A DNA stretch of 64,000 nt. It comes from Antedon mediterranea (Eukaryota; Animalia; Echinodermata). The notes beneath the pieces were generated by a model. It had not been told where the DNA came from and searched no databases. It saw only the letters and a program-made list of their open reading frames with translations. How positions within the stretch are numbered: the first letter of the stretch is position 1; each line of letters opens with the position of its first letter. The position numbers and the translations under genes are program-made. Shown here piece after piece: positions 13,968-27,800 of this stretch. Where the stretch lies: contig NC_092675.1 of assembly GCF_964355755.1 (NCBI RefSeq), positions 1,235,812-1,299,811 of the forward strand. Reading direction: 5' to 3'.

Positions 13968-15650
13968 TAATAATACCAGAATTATATAAAAATATTTCTG
14001 ATAATTAAACTGAAACGGAAATTTAACAAAAAGGTCATTATACGTAAACTGACGGTTAACAACCTACATAAAACAACCGACGGTATACGGATGTAGGAAA
14101 TGAAGAAATACAATATTGTACTACTCTAATATTACATGTCAACTTTTTCAAATAATTTAAATTCCAAATAACTAAAATATGACATTTAAAATCTAAGTAA
14201 GCAGCAAAATTATAAAACATTTTGTTTTGCTAATAGTTAAATGGTTATGGTTAAAGCTATATGATGTTTTGTGAGAAATTACATAGAAAGGCTGAGCTAG
14301 GCTCTATAATTGTTTTGTAATATTTCATTGAAAATATATAATATAAATATTTGAGAATTTGCCAGTACAGTATATAATATTTAGGCCTAATCCAGCATGG
14401 TATATCGGTGAGAGGTATATTATGCTGCACGATTGACTTAGTTTTTTCCTGTTAATTGTACTGTATAATGGTTGTACGTGCGTATAATCAGGAGGTTGTC
14501 ATTGAGGTTTTTCTGTTGTCTTCGATTTCTTGGAGCTAAATAATTGTGTGTACAAATGAAACCAACATGTTTTCCAACGAGTTCAAGATGACAAAGGGAA
14601 AATTAAAAAAAATATCAGAATGTATTCACTCATTCATCAATTTTAATTACAAAGTGGTACATATTTAGTTGCAAAATCAAAGAACAATTACTTAACTATA
14701 ATCACTTAATTCACATTTACCAAAAATACAAGGCAACCATATTATTATTTACAAAATGATTATTATAAGGTGTAATTTTGCGATACATTATTTTTCTTTT
14801 ATATCATTACTCTCTTAGTTTTGAGAGAGTATTGATATTTAATGGTTACGTTACCTTTATCTATTTTTTATTATGTACTGTATGTGTTGAAATAAAATAA
14901 ATTTTAAAAAAAATTAATAAATAAAAAAATTCACTCATTCATCTTTTGATTTCGGAATACAATGATTACATGATACATAACATGAAAACATAACTAAAGA
15001 ATAATTAGTGCTGGGAATTTTAAAATAATAGGCCTAAAGATTGTGAAATACTGTAAATGTTATTTGAGGAAGAATAATGCCAACATTACAGTAATTTGAT
15101 GATAAAAAAAAGATAAAAAGTTAATAGAAAAAAACAATATCAGAATGTATTTTTTCAAGTTATTACTTACGTTTTACCAATGAATGACAAATTAGTGTAT
15201 CGGGAAAAAAGGAAGAATTGTGTAACTGAAAACAATGTTAGATAGCGGCAGATTCTGGAATAAAAGTATGTTTTTAAAAGTTTTAATCTTACTAATCTTG
15301 CCTGCATAAGTTCCTATTTCAGAAAAAAGAAAAGTTATATATATGAAAATGGCTGTAGAAATATTTTGTTTATATTGTACAAGCGTACTAAAATGGTAAA
15401 TGTATAAATAGAAATGGGCGTCAAAAGGGAAAATAGATAAAAATGTCTTCCAAAAATTACTTAATTATATTAACCGTCCATTTTTAATCGTTTTTACATT
15501 AGCATATATATAGATATATATATATTAACATATATATATAAACACAAGAGGCAAAGAACATTAATTCTAAACCGCCCGGTGATATACTGAAATTTAATTA
15601 ATTAATTTGAAACGATAAAGATGAGGAAATCTGTGAGAATGAGAAAAAGT

Positions 15651-15722
15651 CGCCCCAACCGAGACTCGAACTCGGACCGCCTGCTTGATATGCAGATGTC
15701 CTAACCATTAGACCACTGGGGC
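15651..15722 (-). tRNA. tRNA-like cloverleaf (anticodon ATC, Asp-type), probably pseudo-tRNA or SINE head within a dispersed repeat
   Basis: GCCCCAG/TTGGGGC acceptor stem, A box TGGTCTAATGG, anticodon arm TCTGC-ATATCAA-GCAGG, T arm CCGAG-TTCGAGT-CTCGG; flanks and a decayed copy recur at ~35185-35340. Confidence 0.55.
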
Positions 15723-15934
15723 TTTCATGGTATTGTTTGAACATTCTCGGCGTGGTACGGCGGAACAGCACTAGTCCTCAGTTGTACGCACGCGCAACAG
15801 AGATCAAATTGATACGCCCTCATCTTTCAGTATTTTTATTCACGAGGCGGGATCTCCGAAGAGATACTTTTATATATATAAACACAAGAGGCAAACAGAG
15901 ATCAAATTGGTACGCCCTCATCTTTCAGTATTTA

Positions 15935-15936
<2 letters not shown>

Positions 15937-15978
<42 letters not shown>
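15937..15978. repeat. (AT)n microsatellite
   Basis: About 21 AT units. Confidence 0.95.
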
Positions 15979-15982
<4 letters not shown>

Positions 15983-16772
15983 TAGCATATATACAGAATA
16001 CAGACATTTATTGGTCCAAAAATAAATTCGTTTTGTTGACAAGCTCAAACAATTATAAATATAAAAAGTCATGCATACAAAAATACAAGTGTGATAAAAA
16101 AAATCTTATAAAAATACGAATAAACATCGAACATAGACAAAATATATTTAGTAGTATTTAGCATTGCTTGTACGGTATCAGTAGAAATAAATATTATGTA
16201 TTGTTAAATATGTATACTCTGAATAAACTTGGAAAGCTTAACCTATTTGTGTTGTGTGTAAATTAGCAGTATTAAATACAGTTAAAAAAAATTAAATTTT
16301 CAATAGCGTTTTTGCAATCTGCGTTTAAACATTATTTTTAGATTATTTTTTCATTGGCCTATGAATCGTTTCTGCAATTTGATGTATTTTTCTGTAATTG
16401 TTATGTCTTAATTTTATTATGCCAAGAAAATGAATTTCCATTTTCAGTGAACCAATAAAATTTCTTGAATCTTGAATCTTATATGCACACCAACTACACC
16501 ACTAAATTGCAATTCAACAAGTGTTTATTCTATTTCTCATTGACCCATCAATTAAATAGCCTCCAAAATTCGAATACTTAGTTGCCAAACTGTATATTAT
16601 AGTACGGTACTTTGTAAAAAGCGGAATTTCTTTTTCAAGATAGTTCCGCTGAAGTCACCACTCAGAAGAAGAAGACAAGAAGAATGACAACTATTAACAA
16701 ACAAGTTATCTATCACGCGAAGCACAGTTGCATATCTAAATGTATATTATTCAATAATGCTCATGTATTCGA

Positions 16773-19700
16773 CTACGCCTCTGAATTTTGATGCATTATT
16801 CTGAAATCATCTAACGCTATATAGCCAGTAGATAGATGTTCAATAGCATGAGGCGGATCTGGATCCTCATCACCATTTTCTGATCCAGTTGAATCTGTTT
16901 TAGTGGCACAACTAAAGTCGGTTTCTTCATTTGAAACAGTTGTGTATACATACGTGCAGTCATTAAAAGGCGGTTGGATTGAGTTTGTGGTGGTTTCAGA
17001 GATGGGCATCATGTGTGTATACTCTTCTTCCAATTCACTACTTTCGTATGGATAACATACCTCACCTCCCACCAAGTTGCCTTCATAATTCATGTGAAAA
17101 AATTCCAGTCCTGTATTTGTCTTGCCGGTTTTTAATGGAGCTCTTTCTTCCCTCTGTTTACCTTGTTCTTGCAAATAAGATGCATCCTCATCAACATTAT
17201 CTTCATTGAACTCATCCGGTCTTTTTGTAAGAAGGTCATCAAAGGTTTCTTTTTCAATTGGATGTGGCGATACACTTGGATACATTGTCTAAGTAAAACC
17301 ATAGAAATTAGAAAGAAGCATGGTAAAACCAACATGAAATAAGTTTGAACCAACAATTTAGATGGATTTATTCGTTATTGAAAAAATAGATGGCATTCCA
17401 AGGAACATTCTAGAAAAGGTATTTTTGGAAGAATGCATAATGACTTGTAGCTTGTAAGATCTAGTAGTCTCCACCACTATAAAGCATAGCGCGGTACTTA
17501 CAATAATTGGTATTCTTGGTTCTGGCCATGATCTAAAGTATTTGATATGATATTCCTTTTTATAGATATACACAACCACAAATAATGCCAGTATTATAAT
17601 ACTTGGTGCCAAGATAATCACAGGTATTCTTGAAGCTAGAAATAAAAAGATACAAGTTATATTAATATTTTGATAGTTGGCAATGAGAATTAAAGATGCA
17701 TCATCGTTATGAATCGTCTCTTTATATGAATCACTAACAATTTTGATTTTCATGTAAATTAATAAAATTGTACAACACAATAAAGTTAACTAATTGATGA
17801 TTGTCTGCTGGAAATTAGGCCTACTATAAGAATTTACAGCGACATATAAAAATATCTATTGAAATATGACCTGTACATTTGTTTTAATAATACTGTACCA
17901 ACAAATAGGCCTATCCCAATTCAAACTTTTCTGTAATTGTAATTCTCAAGCATATCATTACGTTTAGTGCGTGTAGTATTTTCGCCCGTAACTCCTATGC
18001 CTGTGACATGGTCAATGTCTGGAGAACTAGGAACTGAAGGATAAAACGGGAATAAATAAGTTTAAAATCAATGGTTTGAGTTATGAATAATACACTGTTA
18101 TGATTACCGATAAATGAATTTCTTATGCCTTCTGACCAAGGTCCAGAGTTCAATTCTAACCTAGTGCTGTTTCAATTTCACTCATTAAGCCACAAATTAG
18201 GCTGCATTGTTTATCCAGTATTATCTTCTGTTGCATGTTTTGGGAAAACAAGAAACACAATCTTGTTGATATTAGTTATTATTATACACCATAACAACTA
18301 AATGAAAATGTTTGTTATGTGTTCAATTCGTTACATGGTGTGCATTATGTAAATCTTAAAACTGTATCCACTATATAATATTGAAGTACTAATGTTTATC
18401 CTAATCCAATCAATTAAATTAACTATTATACATTGAATATAATACTTATTTATGACATAAATAATGTCGATATTAATTATGTTCAGGACTTGATAATTAC
18501 TTATTACGTATTGCAGGATGCTACTGATAATTAATAATTGAAACTTACCTTCCTGCTGACTGGTTGAGTGCACAATCTTAAGACTACTGGCACCTTCCCC
18601 TACCTTAGTACTGGCTGTCATCCACACCACATATTGCGTAAAGGCTTCCATTCCTTGAAGTCTATAAGTGATTTTACCTAAAAATTGTATTGATCGTTTA
18701 ACTATATCAGAGCCGGACGTATCTATCAGCAACAAAAACAGATTATTAACATTAATACAGTAGGCCTAAATACAATATCTTTTTAAAAACCTTTTCATGT
18801 TATTATGTACAGTATCTAAATTATTCTCTTCTGCGTTATGGTTTATTTTGTCTATATTGTTTTTATCTCAATTTATTGACTTTATTCAGATAGGATTTCC
18901 AACAAAGACCATTCTCATTTATTGCTACTTTTATTATTCTTTCTACCAAAATGTATTAAAATACTTACTTTTTTGGTAGTAAATATGGTAGTTAGTAATC
19001 ACACCATTTGGTTTCTCTGGTGGTTGACATGAAATGAATAATACAGTTGCATTTGTTTTTTCGGATTGTACTAAGAGTATTACAGGACCGGTTCCAGGAA
19101 CTATAAATAAAACAACGAATAAACAGATTATATGCAGGTTTTCCTTATAGTCTCCTACATCATTTTTCTTATTTTCCTCAGTTTTTATTTTGTTTAGTTT
19201 TCACCTTATATTTTGTCTTGGTATGCACATGCTAGATTATTCGATAAGCCTAACCAACTGTACACATACCACCTTCCAGTGTTTGAGTTGATGTAGTTGG
19301 TCCCCAATCACTCCACTCATTATTTAAAAATCTTGAACGTGCTTGTAAGTTATATTCTGTGTAGTAATCCAGACCAATAATCTTCACCGTATCATAATGA
19401 TAATTATAATCATTTGAATCCTAAAAATACGACCATAAATTTCAGTTGCAATATTTTCTCGGTGGTTTCTTCAATATAGATTTGTAACCCTTTTTAAAAT
19501 TAGTGTCAGAAATAAAAGGGTATGTATACGGTGCACAGTAACCTTTGAATCTGTAAAATGAGGTCTGTCGTCCACTAGAGATTATGGTAGCTTCATCTGA
19601 CACTGCTAACAAAAAATACTCTGATACGCTCTACAAAACATTTGTTTTACTTTAGTTTGACCTAATAGTTTTTTTCTTCAAAACATGCCGAAATAGAATC

Positions 19701-21776
19701 ATCAAACATATATATATATATTTATTTACTTTCAAATTTACATAAAATTCATACCATGGTCCAGTTGTTTGGTGAACTCCTGAGGCAATAGCGAACTTGA
19801 TAACGGTAGTACTCGTCATTTGACATAATATCGTATTGTAGATTAAAACTAACTACCAATGAAGTACTGCTTGTTTCTACATTAATATCAGGCGGGTGAG
19901 GAATAGCTGAAATAATGGCGTTAAAAAGTTGTTTTTATTTATTCATTATTTTATATAAGTTAATTATATATAAACGCGCATGTGGAACAGTCCTACCTCT
20001 ATAGAAAAAAAATAGAGAAAACTTTCAATACTCAATTGCAATTTTCAAAATATAGCCTATTGTAAAATAATATTTATTTCCTGAAAAAATGATAGCAGAA
20101 ATCACATCTTACTTTCCTTTTTAGGAGAAAAAGACATTTGAGTCGTGGCATTTCCAAGATCGTTTTTAACAGTTATCCTCACACCGTGTTCTGTTGTATT
20201 CATAATATTCCCATAGCAATCATGAGATGGAACTCTACACTTGAACGTACCGATAGGCATAGGACATATTTTCCATTCACTTGTTAAAAAATCAAAGCAT
20301 TATATATAATTAGTATTGCAGCACAGTATTCAATGTATAGGCCTACTTCTCTTCACATATTTCTGTAACACAAAACTGTTATAGTAAAACAATGGTATTC
20401 TATAAGTAACCAGTCAAGAAGGTATAATATATCATAGTTTCTTTATAATAATGTGTCCACCCCATTTGTGGGATGTGTAAACAATACTTCTTACCCTTGT
20501 TTATGTTCATATTCAAATATATAAGTTTCTACTAGATTTGTATCTTCGACCTTTGACCACACACATACATAGTTGACAGCATCGGTTGACGAACATGTAA
20601 GTATTGGCTTAGTTGGTGCCACTATAAATAGATGTATTGTAATGTAAACATTTTATACTGTTATGGTTGTTTATAGTTATCGTTATTTTATATAAGATCT
20701 TCTTTTTCCCGCCACACTAATAATAATTAAAACGTAAACTTACCTATGTGCAGCTCTGTTCCATCCGTACTATTTCTTGAATCTGGCAAACGACAATGGT
20801 ATTTATTATTATTATTAGCACCCGTTAAGTTCTGTAATGTTACCATAGCCACTGAATCTGATTAGGAGTGAGTGAGTGGCCGAGCGGTTAAGACAGTGGA
20901 ACCGTAATTACGTAGCCATAACATCGGCAGGGGTTCGAGACTCACTCACTCCATGGTTCTGGTGGTCGAACGAGTCTTCTCGGATAAGGACTATAAACCG
21001 TAGGTCCAATGTACACATCTAGCTCGTGTGCACTTTAAAGAACCTAGTACATCTTTCGAGACGAGTAGGGGGTTACCCCGGTGTATTAGTACATCACAGC
21101 CACTGACCAACTGGGAGACCAGTCTTTGACTGAAGAGTTTGCCCAGTATAAATATAGATTTCAATCAATATGTATTTCTGATTTGTTTACTTTAGTGGAA
21201 TGGGCGGAATTTTTTAAAATTTGTAAACTGATGTCGCAATTACTAGGATTCCTCTACAAAGGATTTCAATCATGAATTCATGATGTTAGAATTCACTTAC
21301 CGTTTACGATATTTTCCCGTATTTGACCTTGATACGTTGGTCCCCAGTCACTCCACTCTCTATATTTAAATTGTGAACGTGCTTGTAGGTTGTACTGAGT
21401 GTAGGGCTCAAGTTTACTAATAGTAATTGTATCATAATATCGATAGTCATCTGAATCCTGAAAAGTATATATGTAGATTGTACAGCGTAAAACAATTATT
21501 GTAGATGGAAAAAATAATGTTAACCATCTTCGTATTATTGTGTGCTGGTATTTTTCATCATCGACATCCATTATACAGTGTATACGATCGGAGGAATCGT
21601 TAAACCTAAATTCGTTTTAGTCGTCTATAAATAATTATATAACTCAACTTAATTAGTAAACGTAAATTTATATATAAATGCAAGCAGTTAAGACAGTTAA
21701 ACCGTAATTACGTACGGTAACCATAACATCAGCAAGGGTTCAAATCTCACTCGCTCCTGTTCTGGTGGTAGAACAA

Positions 21777-21808
<32 letters not shown>

Positions 21809-24800
21809 ACAGTGTACGCATCTGGCTATTATTATTATATCGATATGCTGCTGATGATGCTGATGCTGCTGCTGCTGATGATGATGATGCTAATTCAGCT
21901 GCTACTGCTGATGCTGCTGATGCTGTTGGTGATGCTAATACAGCTGCTGCTGCTGCTGCTGATGATGATGATATATGGTACTTAGATGTTAAAATCTAAG
22001 ATGAATGACAACCATAGCTTATACAATTTCACTTACCTCTGTCCAATTGTCATCTGTATGATTCTTGCAGTAACGAATTTGGTAACGCAAAGTGTTTTTA
22101 TAGTGAGTAATATCTGGTTGTAATTCAACGTTAATTTCCAATGATCTTTTTTTCCGTTCTACCTTCTTAATTCTTGGTGGAAATGGGATGGCAGCTAAAA
22201 AAACAATAACATTTAGCATGTTTGTTTTTATTGTTGCTGTTGTGGTTGTTGTTGGTTCCCCTACAGGCATACCGTACATATTTCATTAAACTGAAATGTA
22301 AATTATATTATTAATAATAAACTTTTTCTTACCCATGTCAGGATTAAAAGAACGTTGGGTTGAAACATTACCAAGATAATTGGTAACCGTTACCCTGATG
22401 CGATGGTTAGTTCCTGGGTTAAAATAATTTCCATCATCGTCTTGAAGCGGAACATTACACTTAAATTGACCTACATATTCAGGGCAGGTTCGCCAAGGAC
22501 TTCCGTTTAAAAAAATTAGAGAATCTGGTCTTTAACATGTTTGTTTGAAATACACATGGTACAATCATAATTAATTAATGATTTATCACAACAAAATGTA
22601 TATAATTATTACTGACAACAATTTTAACAAGTCTTCTTCGCATCTGTTACACTGCAGTACAAAGTTACAATTACTTTGTTGTCAAGGAATGTCTTAATTA
22701 AGTTGTTATAAGCAGTTAGTACTGCTAAAACATAATAAAAACTTGGTAATATTTGTACATGCTTTTACTTTACTGTGCCATTTTGCAATTTCAATACTGT
22801 CGTACTCACAATAGCAAGCAAGCGCAGAAATATAACAAAGGAGATACAGGCCGGTGAATAACTTTTCTGGCTGTTTGACTTTATCGTTTTGATTTAGCTT
22901 TTCGCTCGTATCTCCATCGAGATCCTGCCACTGATACCCACAGCACTTTCAGTAATTTGTCTTCGAAATTAAACACTACTTACGTTTCATACTTGTATTC
23001 AAATATATATGTATCTCTTAAATTTGTGAACTCAATCTTTGACCACTCACACCAATAATCAACAATATTTGTTGAAAAACAGTTGAGTGTTGGTTTCGTA
23101 GTTGGCGCCACTGTAAATGAAATGTTATAATGGATACTGATACTGGTTTGATATTTTTGATCCAGGAGATATGACTAGACAATGAGATTGTATAATATTT
23201 GGATAAAAGAAAAATCAAAAAATTTGTTAAGCTTTGTCTGGACTTGGTTCTCACTAGAGATGCAAGGCATAGACGTAGACAAGCGATTCGACCAATGACA
23301 AGCAACAGTTCGAATAATCCATCGCTTGTGATTGTTTAAATCACTTACGTTGCACATACGTTATTCCGTTGCGTCTGTCTAGTGAGAACCAAGCTGAATG
23401 AATGTTAGTGCAATGACGTAGTGCTTGTAGTGATTTGACCAAGCACAAGCAATGGATTATCCAATTTTACAACTCCCTGTCCAAACTGCCTCTTGCGTTG
23501 CATCTACATCATTGCTTTGCTTGTGTAATGGGAAAGAAAGACAGAGTCGTTTTGAATAGAAAATAGTATAGGCCTAAGCACTAAACATCCCGTCTTCCAT
23601 TTTGTGTAATGAACCAAGTTTTATTACAGCTTGGTAATCATAGTCATGACTATCTCATCACATGGAGAGGTCAGAATTAAATAAATTTTGTATTGATAAA
23701 TTGCTTCTCTAAACACTTGATCTTATTCCTGAATTTTAAAATAAACTTACTTCCAATATGTAAAGTTGTTGCGTGCCATAATGAATTTGGTAAATAACAA
23801 TAATATTTATAATTTGCCATCGTTAAGTTCTGCAACCTTAGCATAGACACTTTGTCTGATAATATATCTATCTCCGATGGGTCTATTCTGTCGGTATCTG
23901 GTTGGAAACTAGTCGTCCATGTGATATTTCTGGATTTATACGTAGCCGATATATTTAATGTACAACTAATATTTAAATCTGACCCAGCATGTAAGATGGG
24001 ATTCAACGGTGCTATAGTATCTAAAAATCAAAGATAAATTGTTAAATCAAATGGTGTATATTGTGATCAAAGCTGTAAAAAAAATACTAGCTACTATAGT
24101 TGGGTTTTCATCCAATTTTAGGAGGAAAATTATATAAATAATTAATTTTATTCTAATTTATCTGTCATTTTTAAAAAAAAATTGGAAGATTTCTATTAGG
24201 ACCTAGACAACTGTGATAGATTCGGAAGTACGCATACCAGTTGATGACTGAATGGTCCTTGTAAGAATAGGATTTGAGTATTTACCTGTTATATAGGTTA
24301 ATAGTATAGAATATGAGATCAAGGAGAGAGAGATGGGTGGGAGAAGGGAACATCTGATCTTTAAATATTCATGCATCATGGGCTACATGATGACCGCAAT
24401 TGTACTGTATTGTGAAAGTTTTAAACTACATTTGAAATCACTCTGGTAATAATGAAAGCAGTTATAAGTAGGGGACAAGACAAAACATTTTTTATGCAAA
24501 GAAGACATATTACAATAAGGATAGATCAAAAACCACCAAGGAGGTGGTGCATTACCATCACGCAAACTTACTTATCTGCTTTTTCATAACTTCTGTTTTT
24601 CCAATAGAATTAAACACAACGACACTAATATAAAACTGTTCAAACATTGACATTTCTGTAGGAAAATAAAATAAACGTTAACAAAAGTTTGTGTAAAAGC
24701 AGTTTGATAAGCAATATATATAAGAAGAAAACGAGAAAACAAACATTGCAAACACGGGTACGTGTGTACCTGAATTCAATTCAACACGGGTACGTGTGTA

Positions 24801-27800
24801 CCTGAATTCAATTCACACGGGTACGTGTGTACCTGAATTCAATTCAACACGGGTACGTGTGTACCTGAATTCAATTCAACACGGGTACGTGTGTACCTGA
24901 ATTCAATTCAACACGGGTACGTGTGTACCTGAATTCAATTCAACACGGGTACGTGTGTACCTGAATTCAATTCAACACGGGTACGTGTGTACCTGAATTC
25001 AATTCAACACGGGTACGTGTGTACCTGAATTCAATTCAACACGGGTACGTGTGTACCTGAATTCAATTCAACACGGGTACGTGTGTACCTGAATTCAATT
25101 CAACACGGGTACGTGTGTACCTGAATTCAATTCAACACGGGTACGTGTGTACCTGAATTCAATTCAACACGGGTACGTGTGTACCTGAATTCAATTCAAC
25201 ACGGGTACGTGTGTACCTGAATTCAATTCAACACGGGTACGTGTGTACCTGAATTCAATTCAACACGGGTACGTGTGTACCTGAATTCAATTCAACACGG
25301 GTACGTGTGTACCTGAATTCAATTCAACACGGGTACGTGTGTACCTGAATTCAATTCAACACGGGTACGTGTGTACCTGAATTCAATTCAACACGGGTAC
25401 GTGTGTACCTGAATTCAATTCAACACGGGTACGTGTGTACCTGAATTCAATTCAACACGGGTACGTGTGTACCTGAATTCAATTCAACACGGGTACGTGT
25501 GTACCTGAATTCAATTCAACACGGGTACGTGTGTACCTGAATTCAATTCAACACGGGTACGTGTGTACCTGAATTCAATTCAACACGGGTACGTGTGTAC
25601 CTGAATTCAATTCAACACGGGTACGTGTGTACCTGAATTCAATTCAACACGGGTACGTGTGTACCTGAATTCAATTCAACACGGGTACGTGTGTACCTGA
25701 ATTCAATTCAACACGGGTACGTGTGTACCTGAATTCAATTCAACACGGGTACGTGTGTACCTGAATTCAATTCAACACGGGTACGTGTGTACCTGAATTC
25801 AATTCAACACGGGTACGTGTGTACCTGAATTCAATTCAACACGGGTACGTGTGTACCTGAATTCAATTCAACACGGGTACGTGTGTACCTGAATTCAATT
25901 CAACACGGGTACGTGTGTACCTGAATTCAATTCAACACGGGTACGTGTGTACCTGAATTCAATTCAACACGGGTACGTGTGTACCTGAATTCAATTCAAC
26001 ACGGGTACGTGTGTACCTGAATTCAATTCAACACGGGTACGTGTGTACCTGAATTCAATTCAACACGGGTACGTGTGTACCTGAATTCAATTCAACACGG
26101 GTACGTGTGTACCTGAATTCAATTCAACACGGGTACGTGTGTACCTGAATTCAATTCAACACGGGTACGTGTGTACCTGAATTCAATTCAACACGGGTAC
26201 GTGTGTACCTGAATTCAATTCAACACGGGTACGTGTGTACCTGAATTCAATTCACACGGGTACGTGTGTACCTGAATTCAATTCACACGGGTACGTGTGT
26301 ACCTGAATTCAATTCAACACGGGTACGTGTGTACCTGAATTCAATTCAACACGGGTACGTGTGTACCTGAATTCAATTCAACACGGGTACGTGTGTACCT
26401 GAATTCAATTCAACACGGGTACGTGTGTACCTGAATTCAATTCAACACGGGTACGTGTGTACCTGAATTCAATTCAACACGGGTACGTGTGTACCTGAAT
26501 TCAATTCACACGGGTACGTGTGTACCTGAATTCAATTCACACGGGTACGTGTGTACCTGAATTCAATTCAACACGGGTACGTGTGTACCTGAATTCAATT
26601 CAACACGGGTACGTGTGTACCTGAATTCAATTCAACACGGGTACGTGTGTACCTGAATTCAATTCAACACGGGTACGTGTGTACCTGAATTCAATTCAAC
26701 ACGGGTACGTGTGTACCTGAATTCAATTCAACACGGGTACGTGTGTACCTGAATTCACACGGGTACGTGTGTACCTGAATTCAATTCAACACGGGTACGT
26801 GTGTACCTGAATTCAATTCACACGGGTACGTGTGTACCTGAATTCAATTCAACACGGGTACGTGTGTACCTGAATTCAATTCAACACGGGTACGTGTGTA
26901 CCTGAATTCAATTCAACACGGGTACGTGTGTACCTGAATTCAATTCAACACGGGTACGTGTGTACCTGAATTCAATTCAACACGGGTACGTGTGTACCTG
27001 AATTCAATTCACACGGGTACGTCATATGTTTTCTGAATTCAATTCTCAAACCGTTCAAATTGACCTATAAGTCTGCCATCTTGAGTGCCAAATTACCCAA
27101 TTAAAGGGCATTTAGGCATTTTCGATAAGGCATTTGAAAGCATGTACTTACCTCTAATGATCATCTTATCAGATGAAACATTATATTGTTCACTAATTGT
27201 TTGAGAATCATTTTTCCACAGAGTTACTTGGTAACCTTGAAGTTTACCTTTCAGCATATCTTTTGAAAATTTCTAATAAAAATAAAAGTGTAAAAAAGTG
27301 TAATGAACATTTATTGTTATATCTATATATAAATTTACGTAAGGGCAAAATTCGGTAAATCGCGCGTTATTTCTAGAATGTTTACTCGATGGTATATAAA
27401 GTTGGTTAGAATCTCGGTACTGATTTTAACCACCAGATGTAACCCTGTTTACTAATTAAATTGAGTTAGATAATTAGTTATTGACAATTAAAACAAATTT
27501 AGGTTCAACGATTTGCCCCAAATAGGGGTGTTTTTCGATCGTGGTATACACTGTCTAATGGATGTCCGTCTTGAAAAATACCCGAAGACAATAATACGAG
27601 GATGCTTCGCATTTTCCTATCTCCTCCTACGATAATTGTTTTTAATGGCTGAAAACCGGTTGAACAGCTCGAGTACAGCATCATAATGTTGAAGACAGGC
27701 CTATTTTCTTTAAAAAATACTATTTTGATAGATTTAATATACGTTTATATAAATGTATTGATTTGCGATGAATGGAACATTCCAATCTCTGTTCCACAAG

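Noticed and set aside
24572-24655. Exon starting MSMFEQ.. as the first coding exon of a separate gene
   Set aside because: It is homologous to the internal FN3 exon 54999-55100 of paralog D and lacks a signal-peptide hydrophobic core.
24752-27022. 32-bp partly palindromic repeat superficially like a CRISPR repeat
   Set aside because: Units are directly adjacent with no unique spacers, no cas genes, and the array lies in a eukaryotic intron.
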